64,000 nt of DNA from Nemertoderma westbladi (taxonomy: Eukaryota; Animalia; Xenacoelomorpha): assembly GCA_032718475.1 (NCBI GenBank), contig JAUCBJ010005882.1, positions 11,281 through 75,280 of the forward strand, written 5' to 3'. Of this stretch, positions 48,141 to 59,833 are shown piece after piece (positions within the stretch are counted from its first letter, which is position 1; each line of letters starts with the position of its first letter). Both the position numbers and the translations under genes were made by a program. Below the pieces are notes generated by a model. That model saw only the letters and a list, made by a program, of their open reading frames with translations, was not told the origin of the DNA and did no database searches.

Positions 48141-50894
48141 GGTTTAGAGCGTATGGTTAACTGAACTTACAATCATACTTGAGATATTTGAATAGGCGAG
48201 AAGTATCGGACCTCGACAGCCTATTTAGTAACAGTAAGAATGTGTTGGCAAGCTGAAATTTTCGAGGTGTTTGTTATTAGACATTTATTATAGGAAGACA
48301 CTACATTTACTTTTACAATCTGGAATTATTTTTAAACATTGAATATTAAAAGCATTAAAATCTTGCCAACTCATAATCTCAACCTTTCGAACGGAATAGT
48401 CGAATTTCGCTAAACAGAAAATTAGTGAAAAAAAGCGGTGATTTCTGCTTCTTTTATTTAATCAGTAATTAAAAAATGCAATTAAATATCCCTGTTAGCT
48501 AATCGAGATAAGTTGTACATATATTTCTAACGGCCACAAAATCTGGATTACCGGAGATCCCCCCTCCCTTTCCGTTGGGATTGATAAGTTTTGTTTAATT
48601 AATTACACAATATATTAAATATGTATGGAGGATGAATTGGGTTAAACTAATTATTATTACTTGGAATTTCATACCTTATGTTTTATATAACATTAGGGTC
48701 TGAATTATTACATAATACACTATATGTGTACTATTGTACACATATAGTGTATAATTATTAATCTGATATTGTTCCAAAATATTTATTTATTATTTATTCG
48801 GATGACTGATGTTTACTCTGCTCGTTTATATATTTGGTAATATTATTATTACATATTATTATTATTAAATTATTGGAGATATGGCCCCGTATGCATAAAA
48901 CACTTACGACCGTCGTAATCCTCCGATCGTCGTATGTCAGCAGATACGACTATAGTAAACAAAATCGTTGTGCATAAAAATTGTCAGCCTCTTTGATTGT
49001 AAACTTAAGTAAGATTCATTTGGATCGTAAATTTAAGGGTGCTGCACTCTATCGAGTTAATAAACTTACGATCTGCCCCAGTTTACATTGAACTCAATTT
49101 CTATTGGCTAAAAGTTATTATAGATATTGTTGATAAGGCTACCTCTATAAAACAATACAACAGTCGTGAATTATCTCTCATTTACCACACTTTAATTTAA
49201 CAACTTTTTTAAACAAATTGCACCCCGCTATTTTATTAATTACAATCAAATGCTACGAAATTTCGTACGGTAATAGTTTAGTACTGTTTTTTTTTTACCT
49301 CAGACTTGGACGGATTTTTAATTTTTTTAAACTATTTCGCAGCTAGCATGCCGTTATAAAAAGTCTATTAGCACTTTTTAACCACCTCTACAGGCTTTAT
49401 TTTTAGTTTTTGGAATACAATCCAGATTTCTAAAGACCATTTTGTCTCTGCAGATTGTGAATATGATAACCATTTTTATATTTCAACAGGAATTGCCTGT
49501 GATAGGATACCAGCTTTTTAACAAAAATGAAAAGCAAAGGCCTATTTCTTCTGTAACTTTCTCCTTCTTACGTTTCACTTCTGTATAATTTTTTTACTTA
49601 GCTCTGCGTTTAAAACTTTTCAGTTTGTTTCTTCACATATTCTAGAATATATATTCGATTTGAGCTATCTTATACTATGGATGTATGTACGTCTACAGTA
49701 ATTAGTGGGCACTTTAGTGAGGTTGCTGTAGCGAAATAAGGTGAAAATTTTAAAAAATCTGGTGTTGTTAAAAAAAGTTGTCATATTATTACGGCCGGGT
49801 TGTGGGGTACGTGAACAGTTACATCTGTGTTTAATTGGGGGATGATTTATCGACTACGTGTCTCGGCGCAGTGGCGGTACGGCTAATGTCGCGTTACGGC
49901 TAATTTTCAGAGTTGCCGTACGTAACGCGACTTTGAAAGTCGCGGTACGGCTACTCAAAAAGTCGCGTTACGGCTAATTGTCGCGTTACGGCTAATCTAT
50001 TGTCTTGGTTTTACATAGGGAATCATTATCAATATTATTCTACTGTATGGTGTTTACGTACAGATGAGAAAGGTTCGTAAAATTTAATGTAATAATGTTT
50101 TACAGCATGGGAGTATCCAGGGGGGGGGGGGGGGGGGGGGGAGAAATTTAACTAAAAAATCGTAATTTATTAATTATTGTATTATTATTGTTGTATTGAG
50201 TACCACAGTACACAGTACCATAGGTATATTGGTCGAAAGTATATCAGTATTTTGCCGAAATATTGCACTTTTAATTTATCATTATATTAATCAAATCAAA
50301 AGTACTGTATCTAAAACTAAAGCTCTTGAATTAGCCAGTCATCGTCCGCGTATGGCATTTGGTTCGGTGGTGGGGTGGGTTGGAATGGTTCGGACGCGAA
50401 GGGGTGGTTCGGGGGTGGGTTGGGAAGAAAGGGTTCGGCCGGTTCAGTGGTGGGGTGGGTTGGAATGGTTCGGACGCGAAGGGGTGGTTCGGGGGTGGGT
50501 TGAGAAGAAATGGTTCGGCCGCGAAGGGGTGGTTCACTACACCAACATGCCAGTCGGGATCACCACCCCCTCCCAATGCAGCTGGACTTTCAACTGGGTG
50601 ATCGGCGGCTGGAAGGACAGCCATTGCCTGCTTGTCAGTCCCCAAACAGAACGCCATATGGTCCAGGTAGCGAGCCAGGCGTTGGTTAACAACATCGATC
50701 TTATTTGTTCTAAAATACTAAATTATTATTTATTCAGAGGGCTGATGTTTACTCTGCTCGTTTATATATTTGGTTATATTATTATTACATATTATTATTA
50801 AATTATTGAAGATTTGAAGTGCTACTGTATAATTATTAATCTGATATTGTTCTAGAATACTTAATTAATATTTATTCGGGTGACTGGTGTTTAA

Positions 50895-51335
50895 TCTAGT
50901 TTTATTGAGTATCATTTATGTTTTGGTTAGAAAACAATACCACTGTTTTCCACACATACCACACATTTTCCAGGATTTGTGTATATTTTCTGTATCAACC
51001 ATGTAACCAGTTTCAATGAGTATCATTTATTGTTTTGGTTAGAAAACACAATCACTGTTCCTGTTTCTTTCCTATGATTGGTGTATTTTCTGTATCGACC
51101 ATGCTGATGCAACCAGTTTAATTCAGTATTGTTTATTGTTTTAGTTAGAATACCCCGCCACTGTAACCTGTTTCGTTATAGCATGATTGGTGTATTTTCT
51201 TTATCGACCATGTAACCAATTTTATTGAGAATCGTTTATTGTTTTGGTTAGAAAACAACGCCAAAGTAACCTGTTCCATTCCCATGATTTGTTTATTTTC
51301 TGTATCGACTATATAACCAGTTTTATTAAGTATCG
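50895..51335. repeat. About 120-bp degenerate tandem repeat (3-4 copies; another copy at 53380-53490)
   Basis: Recurrent TTTATTGTTTTGGTTAGAAAAC...CATGATTGGTGTATTTTCTGTATCGACCAT. Confidence 0.75.
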
Positions 51336-51924
51336 CTTCATGAATTTCACGAATAAACGGACATAGGGGCTCATAAAAAAAACCTTCGCAGATAACCTTT
51401 TTAATGTTTGGATATCATGCCTAATATCCTAAATTATCTGAAATGAGAAATTGGAAGCAAATTCCGTTATGTGTGGGCTCCTACTGTACTTGCAAGTTGA
51501 AATTGACTGAACATTTTTTAACATTTTCCAAAATCTCTGTGCGAATTTTGCCTACAATTATGGCGAAAATACAGTCATTATAAATAACATTAATCCTAGT
51601 CTGTTTGTTTGCCTGTGTGAGTGATGGTTCAACCTCGGTTGTAGTTAAGAAATAATTTATTTTTGGTTTCCTAGAAAGCAATCAAAAAATAACAAAACGA
51701 TATTGCGAATTTCGTAATTCCGTAACGAAAACATGACATTTTTTAAAATAACTACTCAACATGTGACATTCAAATTTTAAATTCTCTTCCTCTAACCGCT
51801 GGGCAATACGCAATTATTTTCCTTTTGTGGCAATGTGATATATAAGTCGAGATATTTGCGTTACGGAATTACAATTTCGCGTTACGGAATTACGTTACGG
51901 AATTACAATTTTCCAACTATGCGT

Positions 51925-52945
51925 GGCGTTAGTCTTGGTGTAGACTATAGAGTGGTACACTGCGTGACGTTAGTGTTGGTGTAGACTGGTACACTTCGAG
52001 ACGTTACTGTTGGTGTAGACTGGTACACTGGTAGACCTTAGTGTTGGTGTAGACTGGTACACTGCGAGACGTTAGTGTTGGTGTAGACTGGTACACTGAG
52101 AGACTTTTGTGTTGGTGTAGACTGGTACACTGAAGAGACTTTAGTGTTGGTGTAGACTGGTACACTGAGAGACTTTAGTGTTGGTTTAGACTGGTACACT
52201 GCGATACGTTAATGTCGGTGTAGACTGGAACACTGCGAGACTTTAATGTTGGTGTAGACTGGTACACTTCGAGACGTTACTGTTGGTGTAGACTGGTACA
52301 CTGGTAGACCTTAGTGTTGGTGTAGACTGGTACACTGCGAGACGTTAGTGTTGGTGTAGACTGGTACAATGCGATACGTTAACGTTGGTGTAGACTGGTA
52401 CACTGCGAGACTTTAATGTTGGTGTAGACTGGTACACTGGGCGACGTTAGTGTTGGTGTAGACTGGTACACTGCGAGACGTTAGTGTTGGTGTAGACTGG
52501 TACACTGAGAGACTTTTGTGTTGGTGTAGACTGGTACACTGAGAGACTTTAGTGTTGGTGTAGACTGGTACACTGAGAGACTTTAGTGTTGGTTTAGACT
52601 GGTACACTGCGATACGTTAATGTCGGTGTAGACTGGAACACTGCGAGACTTTAATGTTGGTGTAGACTGGTACACTGGGAGACGTTAGTGTTGGTGTAGA
52701 CTGGTACAATGAGAGACTTTAGTGTTGGTGTAGACTGGTACACTGAGAGACGTTAGTGTTGGTGTAGACTGGTACAATGCGATACGTTAATGTTGGTGTA
52801 GACTGGTATACTGCGAGACTTTAATGTTGGTGTAGACTGGTACACTGGGGACGTTAATGTAGACTGGTACACTGTGAGACGTTAATGTAGACTGGTACTA
52901 CACTGAGAGACTTTTGTGTTGGTGTAGACTGGTACACTGAGAGGC
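51925..52945. repeat. 34-bp tandem repeat (about 29 copies)
   Basis: Unit GTTAGTGTTGGTGTAGACTGGTACACTGCGAGAC with variant positions. Confidence 0.95.
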
Positions 52946-54025
52946 CTTGCTACTACAGGTACTAACTAGCCTTCCTTGCTGACTTAGCCTTTATGGCTGT
53001 AGCAATACAGACATATGCAGCCATTACATTACACTGTTACAGGTACCCCACGGGCATGGGTACCCATACTTAATATTGCCTGTATGGGCCTGCAGGTAGC
53101 AGTATCCAAAGCAGAAAAGATTCTGAGATTTCGATATTGGCACTCTGGTTGCCTAGGTAACTGATGACAGACATAAAACAGCTGATTTCATCTTGAATTA
53201 TATTGCAATATTAATGTTACAATAATATTGGAATATAATTCAATACATTGGAATATAATTTAATATACTGCAATATTGTAATTCCATGTAAGCTGATTGA
53301 TTTCAATAATAAAACTGATTGAATGTTTATACTGATTGAATGTATAAATATTGGATTTTGAGCCATTTGTGATGCCATAATTGTTTTGGTTAGAAAACAG
53401 TCATTCTACACTGTTTCTTTCCCATGATTGGTGTATTTTCTGTATCGACCATATAACCAGTTTTATTGAGTATCGTTTATTGTTTTGGATACATCCCTCA
53501 TTCTTTATCACTGGGAAATGTCCAGGATATCGCACAAGGGCCAATCTTTATTACGTCGAAGTCACCCACCCCCCCCCCCCCCCTCCCCCTATCTGAACTG
53601 AATGTCTGGAGGTTTGGGAAATGAGTCGCAGAAGTGCTAAGGATTAAAATCCACTAAACAAGGGAAGCCGGCATAGCAAACTCAATGCAGCCGGAACGCA
53701 GTATGCCGTTTATTAGATTAGATCACAGCAATCAAATTTGAGTGGGATTTCGGTCGTATAAAGTCACCGACCAATTAAGTAGTACCGGTAATTCACGTCA
53801 ACGATTAGTATATTGCTAAATTAAATAAATTACTAAAAATATTTAAATTTCTGAAAATTTAACATAACTAAATATAATTTATGGAGCACCAGTTTTCGCA
53901 GTTTATTATATTTAAGTTTCGTTCATTCCTATGGGTATAAACACCTTCCGGTTGTCATGCAGTTAATTTAACGAACTAATTATTATTACTATTCAATAAA
54001 TAGTTCGGTTTAGCTCTAAAACCTG

Positions 54026-54817
54026 CTATAACAAGGGAACGCAAACAAACATGGTGAGAGGCTCGCTAGTCGTTATAGTAACACTCGAATCAACAACAAC
54101 ATTTGATGTAGACACAAGTTCCCCGAATGCCAGCCTGTGATTGGTCAAATTCCACTTTAGCCCTGTTGTTGTGACAGACTTACAGGGAGAGCCAATGGGC
54201 ATTAGGGCGCAAATGTTACCCTGACAACCATCCAGCATTACGACATGACTTCCTCGATCTAAGTTAAATAGGATAGAGTTGTTACCATAAATATATACCG
54301 AAATATTATGGTTTTCTAGAATAGAATTAGCGAGATACAGGTTGTGAATATGGTCCATGGTGTGATCTAATCTGCCGACCGCTTTATCGCAAAGTACGTA
54401 GATGCTGTTTACATTGAGGTTCCGTCGCTGGATTTCTTTACACATATGCTGCAACGCTTTAGTGAAATCAGTGGTATCATCGTCTAATACCTTAATCAAA
54501 GGCACCCCCAATAGTGAAAAATAGGAACTGGCCTCTTCGGTTATCGAATCTAAATCACCAATAATAAAGTCTGGGATGTACGGCATTGGGGCGTCGTGAG
54601 TTCCTTCTAACTCTTTGTTTAAACTCATGAGATGGTCGGCTGAGCCGTCTGCTACTCCAACAATGAGGGATCGTTCCCACAGGAATCGCAGAGAGCGTTG
54701 AATGTGTTTGAGGGGGGCGTTAAGTAAGATTAGAGTGAATTCCTTGGACTCGAATGGTTCGTTTAGGTCAACAACAGGGGTCCACATGCGAACGGGAGTA
54801 TCAGTTGCATCCGCCAT
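54026..54817 (-). CDS. TPK1: Thiamine pyrophosphokinase 1, intronless
   Basis: Motifs ADGSA, PDFIIGDLDSI, DDTTDFTKAL, GRLDHT and VTTTGLKWNL...FGELVSTSN. Confidence 0.95.
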   Translation of the reverse strand: MADATDTPVRMWTPVVDLNEPFESKEFTLILLNAPLKHIQRSLRFLWERSLIVGVADGSADHLMSLNKELEGTHDAPMPYIPDFIIGDLDSITEEASSYFSLLGVPLIKVLDDDTTDFTKALQHMCKEIQRRNLNVNSIYVLCDKAVGRLDHTMDHIHNLYLANSILENHNISVYIYGNNSILFNLDRGSHVVMLDGCQGNICALMPIGSPCKSVTTTGLKWNLTNHRLAFGELVSTSNVVVDSSVTITTSEPLTMFVCVPLL

Positions 54818-55607
54818 TGTTACTGATGATTTATAATTTTGTTTTGTTGAATTAATGATAAAGTTGACAATGATACAGTAGAGTTGTAGTGCACGTGAGT
54901 AACTAATTAATTAATGTACATAATTAATCAACTTAAGCAAAATTAGTAATTAAACTGTAACATGCGACAATTTTTGGAGATACGCATCCATCAAACAAAT
55001 ACGTTACATACGTATTAGATTAACAACCCTCAACCCCCCCCCCCCCCCCCTCACGTACGGATATTATGGCAATTTACAACAAACTCTCTTAACTTGAAAG
55101 TCTTTTTTTTCTATTAACGTTACCGGTTTGGGGCGGCATGTTGGGGGATTTCTACCATATGGTACTTTACCTCCCCAGAGAATGTACCAACCAAGTTATG
55201 AAATAGGGAACGTTTACTGACTGAATGGATGCTTTCCTTCTCCCATTTGATTTTATACCAATCATATTGTGTATCGTGTTCCATAAAACTATAACATTTG
55301 TTAGACGTAAAAACAACCATCACCATACGGACGTACGGTACGTACATTGGTACATACAATAAGCAAATAAGGCCCATGTGAAGAATACTAGAGGTTTTAT
55401 CTTTTCTGACGAAATTTTATTGAAACTTTATGAAGAATGTATTTTTTTTCAATGTCTCCTTATTAAATATTTTAAAACGTGGGGCTAAATTGCAAAGTGA
55501 AATAAAACAAATAAAATAAAACTGCTGAAAGTCTGGTATGGTATACTTTTCTCATGGGCCGAAAATGAGGTAACCCTAGACTACCCCCCCCCCCCCCCCC
55601 AAACGCG

Positions 55608-57044
55608 TTATCTGGACAACTTTGGCCCAGGCGGAGGCAACATCGGTCTAACTACAGCGTCCCACTCGCTCAACCAATCAGACCACGAACTGGACCGAAC
55701 CCCGTGCCCCAGTTCCTCCAACAAAGACGACGTTTCGACCGGAAATCCGGCTAGTAAGTCAACCAACTGTTCGGCGAGTTGCGCGGATTCACGGAAGACC
55801 AGCCCATTGCGACCGTGGTCCACCAACTCCGGTAGACAACCGAAAGATACCGCGCAAACCGGTAGACCGCAGCCAAACATATCGACCACCTTCATCGGTA
55901 AATCCAGCCCACTGGAGGACAGATGGAGACTGACGCCTACATCAGCAGAACCCAGGAGCTTAGGGTATTCTTCAGTCTCCAACCAAGGAGTACAGAAAGT
56001 AACATTCTGTAAGTTTAGTTTATCGATTTCCTCTTCATAATACGACTTTAGAGGGCCTTTACCTGTGATCACGCATAACACCTTAGGTAATTTACCCTCA
56101 TACTCGTTTGAACTACAGATTGCGTCGTAGATTGCCATGGCTTTAAGTAGAATTGAGAAATCCTCATCTGGCGTCCAACTAGTACTGCTGATAACCATGG
56201 CTGGTCTATCTGATCTCACAGATACATCAGTACCGGCACCGTAAGTCGACGTTGTGAATAGATTACCATCTGTTCCATCGATGCATTTAAACTCATTGTA
56301 AGAATGCTTTAATTTTTCAAACAATTTGTGTTTTTCTTTGATGTTTGTTCTTGAAAAGTTCGCGTACGGTCTATCATACAATACTGTAGTATTATGATTT
56401 TGGCGGAGTTCAATTCCGTTTTCTTTTAAATGAACGCTCATTGCCTTGGTAACACAAATATTAAGATAAACACGCCGTCCAATAAAATATTCTATTCCGG
56501 CGGATATACGAACAAACGGGTGCCGTTTGCCCAATGACAACGCCAGAATCGAATGACCCAAATTGTGCCAATCGATGACCAATGGGCAGCCGTAAAATAT
56601 AGAGGCGATGGCGACTACAGGAAGTATTGGGATGGAAGGTGGATTCTGAACAAGAATAAACTCGGGCGATGGAATACAAAACATAAATGAACGAACCAGT
56701 TGTAAGGCCAAGAGAACCGTTTTATAAACGTAATTGGAAATCTGTGCAATACCATTCGTAACATTTTTTGTTGAGACACTTTCGATTGGCATAATAATGA
56801 TAGAAGGATTTGAGCCCACATCCTTAATTGGATTCGATTCCATGTAACCAATCAAGGTAACACGGTACCCTGCCCTAGCTAAGGCGACTGCATGGTACTG
56901 TGTTCGAGGACTTCTACCAATATCTCCAAGAACAACAACACAAACATTATTTCCTCGAACACAATTTCTTTTGTAAATAAATAGTGTCAATAACAGAGTA
57001 ATGAGGAATAAACAAAAAACAACAGCACATTCGATTACTCCCAT
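55608..57044 (-). CDS. ALG1: Chitobiosyldiphosphodolichol beta-1,4-mannosyltransferase, intronless
   Basis: N-terminal TM segment. Motifs VVLGDIGRSPRTQYHA, QNPPSIP, IDWHN, SSTSWTPDEDF and SSSGLDLPMKVVDMFGCGLPV. Confidence 0.97.
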   Translation of the reverse strand: MGVIECAVVFCLFLITLLLTLFIYKRNCVRGNNVCVVVLGDIGRSPRTQYHAVALARAGYRVTLIGYMESNPIKDVGSNPSIIIMPIESVSTKNVTNGIAQISNYVYKTVLLALQLVRSFMFCIPSPEFILVQNPPSIPILPVVAIASIFYGCPLVIDWHNLGHSILALSLGKRHPFVRISAGIEYFIGRRVYLNICVTKAMSVHLKENGIELRQNHNTTVLYDRPYANFSRTNIKEKHKLFEKLKHSYNEFKCIDGTDGNLFTTSTYGAGTDVSVRSDRPAMVISSTSWTPDEDFSILLKAMAIYDAICSSNEYEGKLPKVLCVITGKGPLKSYYEEEIDKLNLQNVTFCTPWLETEEYPKLLGSADVGVSLHLSSSGLDLPMKVVDMFGCGLPVCAVSFGCLPELVDHGRNGLVFRESAQLAEQLVDLLAGFPVETSSLLEELGHGVRSSSWSDWLSEWDAVVRPMLPPPGPKLSR

Positions 57045-59589
57045 CGTGGATCGTACTGTACTGTTAGGCCTACTGCCTACTGACGTACTGAGGCCTACGA
57101 GTACGTATAGAAAACACTGCTACATTACAATAATGACTGAATGGAGTAGGCCCTAGGTTATTTCGAAACACCTGTTGCTGGGTAGGTATCGGTAAGCGGT
57201 AAAGGTCGTTCTAGTTCTAGTTCTAAAAGTACGGTACAGGGGTACCGGTACTGACATAGCAGCATAGTGTCGGTATTCCTTCGGCAGTACGGTAAACAGA
57301 AACTAGGAAAAGTTAGAGCTTCCTGGAAAACATGCAACAGTGCAACAACTCTACTGTATCCAGGTATCTGTCTATAACCCTGCAGTCTGCCCTGTAATCT
57401 GTAACCAATCGTCTGCATTAGCGCAACCACGGCAACCAAAGGATTGGTGTATTCATTCCACTCTAATTGCATTGCATTGTAGATTCTGTTGCGTTCTATA
57501 ACATTCTATTTCTGTAGCGCTGATGGCACAACAAGCACCAGACGCAAAAAACCTGTTTCTTCAGTCTGATAGCAAGCACCAAGGCCTACTAGAAGAGTTG
57601 CGGTGCCGCTGCTACAGTACTAACATTGCTGAAGTGTAACAGAATACAGATATTGATAATAATGGCTATTCTTTCATTCTCAGATACTCACTGTATTGGT
57701 CTTAGGGGTACCCCTAATTTTGTAGGCTATACAATCAGGTAGTATAATAGTAGGGCCTACTGTACGGTTGTGATTTTGGGCCATACAAAATATGCCAAAA
57801 AAATAAGTTAGGAATACTAAACATAATTGGAACATTTGTATTCAGGAAAATATTTGGAATATTATGTAAATTCATGCAGTCATGTGGGGCGAGCCACGAA
57901 GTGATCGAAGCCCTGGGGTACCATTAACGAGTTATATGTCGCCGTCGTAAATTCTTGATCGCTAATAACTCGGTTATGCCTTGATGAAATTAAACAAACT
58001 TGGTACGTATGTTGTCCATCGAAAGTTTAGAAATTTTCCGAGAAAAATTTGCGTGGGGTCTTGAGGACGAGCGAAACGAAGCTTAATGAAGGAAACGAGT
58101 ATACTCTTAAGCAACCTGATTTAGCATATTGGGCGATATGTCATTTAGTTTAGTAGAGGCCTAAAAGGTAATAAATCAGCGGTTACTCGCACAGTTTCGT
58201 GATTTCGATAGTTAAAGGTGTAAGACGTACTTACTGTATAATGCGCTTGGGCGGTTCGTCCCAACTACATCTATCATGTAGATGATTGGAACAAACTTAA
58301 AGGTTAATAGTTTGCGGTTGTTCATGGATGTATAGATACAAAGATCATACAAATTTTGCGACTTGATTGTTCGTCAACAAATAACGACCCGTTTGTGGTC
58401 AGAAATTACAGTACTTTCTCCGTGTTGTCGAACAACTTAAAGGGTGCCACATTATTTTCTGAATGAATATTTTCTGGAAAAAATGTTCCTAATTTTTTTC
58501 TGTAAAAATATTCCTAATTTTTTCACAAAAAATACTCGTAATTATTTTCAGAAAAAATGCCTAATTAATTCTTACAGCAAATATTTTAGGCATATACTGT
58601 ATTATGTATGGACCCAAATTACCATCGTAATATGGATATTGTGACTAATACAATAAACGAAAGTCAATAAAACAGGTTAGATTTTTATTTTTGGGAGTAA
58701 TCATCCATTATTTGCGACGCTTTCCCTGGTAGCCTATTATTGATTGGTCAAATAAGTGTCGATTTCCCCATATCTGTGGCAAATAATCCTTTAACATTTA
58801 CCAGTCAATGTCGTTAACATTAGACGGAAAGTAGCAGGTTACTGACGGCTTTTTTTACAAAAAAAATACACGTTCACGTTACAAATTGACGGAAAGGAGC
58901 AGGTTATATAGGTGGGATTTTCTGCCTCTAAATTCAAGTTATCACCGAATTAGGGGTATCTTTAATATTACTGTAGAATATTACAGTATACAGTAATCCT
59001 GGCTGTGTTAAAGCAAAGTATTCGGTAAATAGGAAATACCTTTAAAAAATTAATAATTTTCGTTAAATACCCATGTTGCCATGAAAGTCGTGGCTGTTCA
59101 TGGGACAAGATTGTGCACTGGCTGGTCCTCACGGCGAACGAAATGTCCTACAAAGCGGAGGCTGTTTCCTTCTTGTTACAAGCTAGGGGAGATTAATGAA
59201 ACACCCCCAAGGTTGTATAGAGTCTGATTGGATATGTATTTTGGTCTAATGTGTCAGATTGAGTGTAACCCAAGCAAAACTTAGTAGATGAAACTTATAG
59301 TTAATGAATTTAATTAGTTGTTTTCATCACAAGTGGAAAAAACAATAAATTATACTACAGTAAGTAATGTGTTGATGTACTCTATAATACCCTACCAGTA
59401 GACTATAGTACTACTGAATATGACCTGGCCGACGAAAGGGTCATGTGGTGAAACATACTTTACAATCACTATGATTATTGGCCACGATATAATATCAATG
59501 ATTTCCAAAAGATTTGTGATTGGTGTCGATTATAACTACAGTGTATTATTACTGTAGAACTTAGGTATAGTGATAGTGTAGGGCCTACC

Positions 59590-59780
59590 TATAGCATGAT
59601 GTACATATAGTTCGTATAGCATGATGTACATATAGTACGTATATCATGATGTACATATAGTACGTATAGCATGATGTACATATAGTACGTATAGCATGAT
59701 GTACATATAGTACGTATAGCATGATGTACATATAGTACGTACAGTATAGCATGATGTACATATAGTACGTATAGCATGAT
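59590..59780. repeat. 25-bp tandem repeat (about 7.5 copies) just downstream of the AXDND1 stop
   Basis: Unit ATAGCATGATGTACATATAGTACGT. Confidence 0.9.
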
Positions 59781-59833
59781 TCATTTCCTTCAAGATCTTC
59801 ATCACAGATGTGGAATATACTAAAATATTTACT

